10,451 bases of DNA, from IMG/VR virus record IMGVR_UViG_3300026560_000023, one strand, 5' to 3'. Numbering within the stretch: the first letter of the stretch is position 1; every line of letters starts with the position of its first letter. A model generated the notes under the pieces. It had not been told where the DNA came from and made no database searches. It was given only the letters and a program-made list of their open reading frames with translations. Position numbers and translations under genes: made by a program. Source of the stretch: a virus (Duplodnaviria; Heunggongvirae; Uroviricota; Caudoviricetes). This document shows positions 5,663-10,451 of the stretch, piece by piece.

Positions 5663-8600
5663 ATGGTTAATCAGGCTCAAATAAGATACGATTGCTCCCT
5701 AAATGGGTGCGAGGCGTCTATGACCGTCTACGCGGATACAAATAACGACGGGCAGCCTGAAAACCAGGAAACGTTCCAGTTGAGAGATGGACAAAATACT
5801 ACTCAACTATACAAGATAGACTGGAACGTCGGGACGAGATATTATTCCGAGATAAATCTGGAAACAGACGACGTTACGAAGTCCCCGGTTATTCACGAGG
5901 TCGAAATAGAACGGGGAATCACAACGGATACCAGAGGAATAGAGATACGCACCAAGGCTCAACTAAACGATGGGAGTATCTCTCTGAACATATACGAGGA
6001 TTCCAAGACGTATGATAGAATAAAGAAAGACTCCTTCGACGTCCCCGAAGGAGAGGTCATTACCTATATTTACAACTACGACGTTGAGCCTGGTAATGAG
6101 TTCTGGGTAGAACCCGAGATAGAAGTAGATTCTCTTACATCTAAGCCTCCAGTCTTAGAATACGTTAGAATACTTCCATACCCAGATATTGGATTCGTCA
6201 GAGCAGATATAACTGAAGCGTCTGCCTCTACAAAATTCGGGTTCCCATCGAATCTTACAACGGCTGCCAATGCAATAACGAAGGATTCCGAAGGCAACAA
6301 AATAACTGCTGTAGGAAACGTCACCCTCCAGACAGCTACCGGGAGAAAGGTAGCGATAGGAGAAGCCGATATACTCGATAGGATAGCAGTTCCTCTCGGC
6401 GCTACGGCAGAGACTGCGAGATTCGCCCCCGGTTCATTGCTCGATGCGAGCGCTGCGCCGCAGACGGGTATCTTGCTCGCATTAGGGGATAAGCCTTTAG
6501 GAGATATTTCGCCTCTTGGAGCGAGAGCCAGCGGCCTTGGAGTTGCCTGTGATATACAATCAGGGGATGCTTCGGGACTGGAAGCTACGGTGACAAATCA
6601 AACGGTCCGGCCCGTCGGAATAACGGCGAAGCAAGCAGATGGTTCTCCGTTAGAAGGATTCCCGTCTGCTCTTGGCAGATTTGTACTCGGAGAGAAAACG
6701 TCTGTTGTAAGTACAACGACAGAAGGATTCCCGTCCGGGATTGCATCCCGTCCAGACCTACTACCAGCAGACGCCATACCCTTCAGAGGAGACGGGGATA
6801 CCTCGCAAACGGTCGAAATATCTCCAACGGTTGCCGAATCTACAGCTCTCGTTGGCGGGATAGATATAGAACTGGACAAGAAGGATGTCATTGCGATTCC
6901 CAAGACTCCAACAACCATAATCCAGTTGGGATTGGAGTCTAAACAAGCAACGGGTACGGGCGTTCAAGCTATAGGAACGGACGTTCTATATGAGTCGATA
7001 GAGGGAATCAAAGAGATAGTAGATGCAACGCCCCTTACAGGTGGGTCTCAAAACATAACCTCTGGAGCGGATATAACATCCGCTAACGCTGGTCCGTTTG
7101 ATGGGCTGCTCACAAGCTCTGTCCAAGCAGATATTTACAATGCAACTCAAGCTACCGTTACTCCGCTCCGGGTAAACAAAGGCAAGCTGACCTCCGTCAC
7201 CGGGACGGGCGTAGAAGTAGTTGGAGGAATAGGCCAGACCTCTGATAGCATAATCACGGAGGCAACAGCCTATACGACAATCACGGGCAAGAAGACTATC
7301 GTAGAGGCCAGTCCCCTCACTACAGTAATCAGAGCATACGCGGATGGGGAGGTAACATCTGCTAACGGTGATGCTCTGCCTCCTGTAGTTGGACGAGTCA
7401 AAGATTCCACGGCATCGCCAATCATCGGTGAGGGCAGAGGTGTAGCTGCGACTCAAGCTCTCATAACTCAAGCCAACGTACTTCTTGAAACTGGGTCTAA
7501 GAATATTCGGACAGCGGTAGTTGACGTTACAGAGGCTGATACAGATTCCATAGAAGGATTCCAGAGAACTGCGTTCCCTACTCAAGCAAACATAGTAGGG
7601 TTCTTAACTGCGACTACGAAGTTCAAAGCAGAAATCACTCAAGCGTATGGAAATACCGGACTTGCACGGTCGCCGAGCGAATCTTCAAGGGTTAGTGCAA
7701 ACGCCACTCCACTAACACCAGATGTTGAAACGACCACTTCTGCAGTTATTTCTGTCACAACCTCTAACGTTTCAACGGATGAAGCGTTTAGATTCCTCTC
7801 TGGAAAAATAACAGAAGCTACATCTCCTAACCAATTTGAGGCAAATGCTCCTACTATCGGAGTCATCGCCAATAAACAACAAGCGTCTGGAACTGGCGTA
7901 GTTCCTCGTAACTGCGTTGTTGACATGGCTCCTCTCGGAGACGATGATAGGACGGAGGTCATTGCTTCTAACCCTCCGATTCCACCACAGGGGAGAGATA
8001 CTGTAACCGCCGGAGATGTAAGCACCTTTGAGACCGGGCCAAGCCAAGTAACAGTCAATACAAAAGGATTCCATAGGGTATCTAATCTTTCAGACGATGA
8101 CCCTGATACCGCTCCTGAATACGAAGGAGAGCCTGTAAAATGTAAGATTTATCAGGGCTATGACGAGGATGATAATTACTACTATTACACGGACCTCGTC
8201 TACGCTGGAACTGATGAATCCGTAATGAATCCAGACATTGGTTGCGGTCCTCTGCAGGACGGGGAGTCTGGATACCTTAAAGAAGGACCTGTCGGGGATA
8301 GCTTTGGAGCCAATCCGAAGACGGCTCGCATGTCAGCGGTTACAGACGTTGTAGATGTAAAACAAGCATCCGCTAACCCCGTGGATGTAGAAGGAGAAAT
8401 CGGTCGGGTCTGGGGACCGAAAGCATTTGGAACAGCATTAGATGCTCGTGGTCTCTCCGTTAAGGTCCCTGGAAATGTATCTAAGCAGGTCGCTACAGGC
8501 TCGGCTCTCGAACCCGGAATAGACCTTTCAACCGCAGATAGTGTTACTGAGGCCAATGTTATTACTGGGGTTGAAGGAACAGACCTTCCGTGGGAATTGG

Positions 8601-10414
8601 AGCCTCCGATGCAAGGAGCAGTTGCTTTCCCATTAACGGCTAATCCCAAGAAAACAGCTGAAAAAGAAACGGCCGTTGCTAATACCTTAGACTGTGATGT
8701 TTTCACAGGAGCGGTATCCGAGGGAATTCAAGTAACCAAGTCTCCCAGTATCACCAGAGTAAACGCAACGCCTGTAGATGCCGCAGAGTTCCTTTACTGG
8801 GATATTGAAGGCATAGAACTTCGCAACGTTATAGAGCATGAGGCCTCCCACGATTATCTCAAACTCACAATCCTATGTGATAAGGACAAGGCAAAGGCTC
8901 TAAGGACACTCAAGAGAAACGCTGGAAGCATAAATAAAATCATACAAAGTACCGGGGATTTCACTTCCTGGTCTGAAAACAACACGCGGTGGGTGGAAGT
9001 GAGGCCTCCTTACAAGCTCCGGCCTCTTCGTATGGAAGACCGGTACCTCGTAGAGAACTTCGGCGAGAAGCCACTCGGAGCAAATGCAGATTCAAGAGAA
9101 ATCCAGCTCAAACTAATCCGGGACAAAAACAAAAGAGGTTTCCCACAAAGCACCAGAGATTATACTTCGACGCCAGAAGCAGAATCTTGGGAGTTCAGAT
9201 TCGATAAGTATAACATCGTCACAAATGCTGTAACTACAAACCTCTCTAAGAAAGGATACGGGATTAAGATGGACCTCATCTTAAGCAATGAAGAGGCTTG
9301 GATTTTAGAGACGAATCTAAGCCGGATGGACGCTGTTGAGAAAGTAGACGCTCTCGGAGCAAAAGAGACGATATATGATAACAACCCCGACAAGAAGAAC
9401 ACCATCAACATCAACACCCCTGATAGCGCCTATACTCCGTTCGTCAACGCAAATGGAAATTACGTTGCTACAGATTGGAAGACCAAGAATGTAACAGATA
9501 AAAGCTACGCTGTCACACTCCAAGTCCAGGAGCCAACAATACCTCCGATAGCGTATGGGTCCATCAAGGATGTAGATGCCAGTCCTCAGATTCCAGAGGT
9601 ATCGAGGAATGTAACTTCACCTGTCACTGTGAGTACAGCAGGTGTTAGTCCTAAGCGCTCCGAGAAAGCGAAAAAGTCCGAGGCCATTGCCTCGCCAATA
9701 GAAGTAGCGCCCACCATCATTGGTAGCGGTAGGACCACGTCCGCGTCTGTCAGCATTCTCCGGCCAACGGTGACCCCAGCAGAGGCAGAGACTCTAACCC
9801 CGGAGACATACATCCCTGCTGTAACCTCCATTGACAACATCAAGGAAGCAAACGCATCTACTTTTGAGGGCTCCCCCTCCTCCAGATACGACGTTACAAT
9901 AACAGACGGTGTAGATACAGAAGAAGGGAGAGTCCTCGCTGTTGAGGATAACCTCTCTGCTGAATCCTATTACAATTACAGTAATGGTTCTGCCTCTACA
10001 TTCGATATTAAAAGAAGAACCAATAATAATACAGCCACGGTATTCCTATACCTGGATACCTTCCACGACGAAATTTCCCTTATTCTAATTTACGGACGGC
10101 CAGGAGACAATAAGGGAGGTGGAAGTGCAAGCATGTCCTTCAGTGGACTTCCGGGAGATACCAGTATAATAGTGAAGGACGACCCCGGAGATACATATTC
10201 CATCAACCCTCCGAACGGAAGTGTGGAGCATAGCTGGGGAGGAAATGGGACCGATGGAGTCGTCCTCGGAACGTGGGACCTCGTAGATAACTTCAGCTGC
10301 ACTCTCTCAGTCGATAGCTTCACAGATATTGATACCATCCGAGTTCTCGGAGATAACTGGGACACGGTTCAAATGGATATGAGTACAGATATAACCCTCA
10401 CGATAGACCACTGA
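5663..10414 (+). CDS. Large modular fibre/adhesin-like protein (1583 aa)
   Basis: Uninterrupted 4.75-kb ORF. It has two N-terminal ~85-aa repeats, long Ala/Thr/Gly-rich degenerate repeats, a globular insert (aa ~750-890), the ORF6-like module (aa ~1046-1291) and a distinct Gly/Asp/aromatic-rich C-terminal domain (aa ~1408-1583). Confidence 0.88.
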   Translation: MVNQAQIRYDCSLNGCEASMTVYADTNNDGQPENQETFQLRDGQNTTQLYKIDWNVGTRYYSEINLETDDVTKSPVIHEVEIERGITTDTRGIEIRTKAQLNDGSISLNIYEDSKTYDRIKKDSFDVPEGEVITYIYNYDVEPGNEFWVEPEIEVDSLTSKPPVLEYVRILPYPDIGFVRADITEASASTKFGFPSNLTTAANAITKDSEGNKITAVGNVTLQTATGRKVAIGEADILDRIAVPLGATAETARFAPGSLLDASAAPQTGILLALGDKPLGDISPLGARASGLGVACDIQSGDASGLEATVTNQTVRPVGITAKQADGSPLEGFPSALGRFVLGEKTSVVSTTTEGFPSGIASRPDLLPADAIPFRGDGDTSQTVEISPTVAESTALVGGIDIELDKKDVIAIPKTPTTIIQLGLESKQATGTGVQAIGTDVLYESIEGIKEIVDATPLTGGSQNITSGADITSANAGPFDGLLTSSVQADIYNATQATVTPLRVNKGKLTSVTGTGVEVVGGIGQTSDSIITEATAYTTITGKKTIVEASPLTTVIRAYADGEVTSANGDALPPVVGRVKDSTASPIIGEGRGVAATQALITQANVLLETGSKNIRTAVVDVTEADTDSIEGFQRTAFPTQANIVGFLTATTKFKAEITQAYGNTGLARSPSESSRVSANATPLTPDVETTTSAVISVTTSNVSTDEAFRFLSGKITEATSPNQFEANAPTIGVIANKQQASGTGVVPRNCVVDMAPLGDDDRTEVIASNPPIPPQGRDTVTAGDVSTFETGPSQVTVNTKGFHRVSNLSDDDPDTAPEYEGEPVKCKIYQGYDEDDNYYYYTDLVYAGTDESVMNPDIGCGPLQDGESGYLKEGPVGDSFGANPKTARMSAVTDVVDVKQASANPVDVEGEIGRVWGPKAFGTALDARGLSVKVPGNVSKQVATGSALEPGIDLSTADSVTEANVITGVEGTDLPWELEPPMQGAVAFPLTANPKKTAEKETAVANTLDCDVFTGAVSEGIQVTKSPSITRVNATPVDAAEFLYWDIEGIELRNVIEHEASHDYLKLTILCDKDKAKALRTLKRNAGSINKIIQSTGDFTSWSENNTRWVEVRPPYKLRPLRMEDRYLVENFGEKPLGANADSREIQLKLIRDKNKRGFPQSTRDYTSTPEAESWEFRFDKYNIVTNAVTTNLSKKGYGIKMDLILSNEEAWILETNLSRMDAVEKVDALGAKETIYDNNPDKKNTININTPDSAYTPFVNANGNYVATDWKTKNVTDKSYAVTLQVQEPTIPPIAYGSIKDVDASPQIPEVSRNVTSPVTVSTAGVSPKRSEKAKKSEAIASPIEVAPTIIGSGRTTSASVSILRPTVTPAEAETLTPETYIPAVTSIDNIKEANASTFEGSPSSRYDVTITDGVDTEEGRVLAVEDNLSAESYYNYSNGSASTFDIKRRTNNNTATVFLYLDTFHDEISLILIYGRPGDNKGGGSASMSFSGLPGDTSIIVKDDPGDTYSINPPNGSVEHSWGGNGTDGVVLGTWDLVDNFSCTLSVDSFTDIDTIRVLGDNWDTVQMDMSTDITLTIDH
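6652..6735 (+). repeat. 15-bp exact direct repeat AGAAGGATTCCCGTC (6652-6666 and 6721-6735), encoding EGFPS twice
   Basis: Read directly from the sequence; spacing is 69 nt (23 codons). A partial third copy TAGAAGGATTCC lies at 7551-7562. Confidence 0.9.
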
Positions 10415-10422
10415 AGCAAACA

Positions 10423-10437
10423 CGAACATTTTATATA
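10423..10437 (+). promoter_or_regulatory. Putative archaeal promoter (CGAA BRE-like + TTTTATATA) for a gene beyond the window
   Basis: Exact TTTATATA box at 10430-10437 preceded by CGAAC, just after the ORF7 stop. Confidence 0.55.
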
Positions 10438-10451
10438 CCAATATCCCATAT

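Noticed and set aside
501-5680. Short overlapping ORFs in alternative frames or antisense over ORF2-ORF6 (e.g. 920-1153, 2449-2676, 4609-4839, 3105-3500)
   Set aside because: They lie within or across better-supported genes and show no recognisable features.
6076-10365. Many minus-strand ORFs of 65-199 aa (e.g. 6598-6918, 6986-7585, 7639-8058, 8200-8706)
   Set aside because: These are antisense shadows of the long + strand genes, with low-complexity Ser/Val/Pro-rich translations, no motifs and no halophilic acidic bias.
1926-10414. Possible diversity-generating retroelement target or invertible tail-fibre cassette
   Set aside because: No reverse transcriptase, no template/variable repeat pair, no invertase and no long inverted repeats are visible in the window.
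1-10451. Alternative genetic code, CRISPR array, tRNA or IS element
   Set aside because: All three stop codons terminate genes normally, and I saw no regularly spaced repeats, cloverleaf or transposase.

Overview
A single-strand (+) run of seven tightly packed genes encoding acidic (Asp/Glu-rich) proteins, with archaeal-type TTTATATA/TTATATA boxes at both ends. It is most consistent with the virion tail/fibre/adhesin module of a haloarchaeal tailed virus or provirus of relatively low GC (roughly 45% from hand-counted samples). No capsid, terminase or integrase gene is in the window, so the viral assignment is inference. Gene order: a small phage-type structural protein (149 aa); a duplicated CxxC zinc-ribbon protein (203 aa); two paralogous small His/Cys-motif proteins (123 and 119 aa); an 824-aa LamG/concanavalin-A-like multi-domain protein; and two fibre-like proteins (419 and 1583 aa). 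The three large proteins reuse shared parts. A ~90-aa N-terminal domain occurs once in ORF5 and twice in ORF7. A ~245-aa internally duplicated tube/Dit-like module occurs in both ORF6 and ORF7. A degenerate ~20-aa shaft repeat occurs in ORF6 and ORF7. The most striking observation is an apparently circularly permuted LamG cassette in ORF5: an orphan C-terminal fragment, a full domain, then a domain missing exactly that fragment. Also notable: ORF4-5-6 lie in one frame separated only by single stop codons, codon usage changes sharply after ORF2, and I found no GATC site. No RNA genes, CRISPR arrays or transposases were seen. All domain assignments are by eye and need profile or structure searches.
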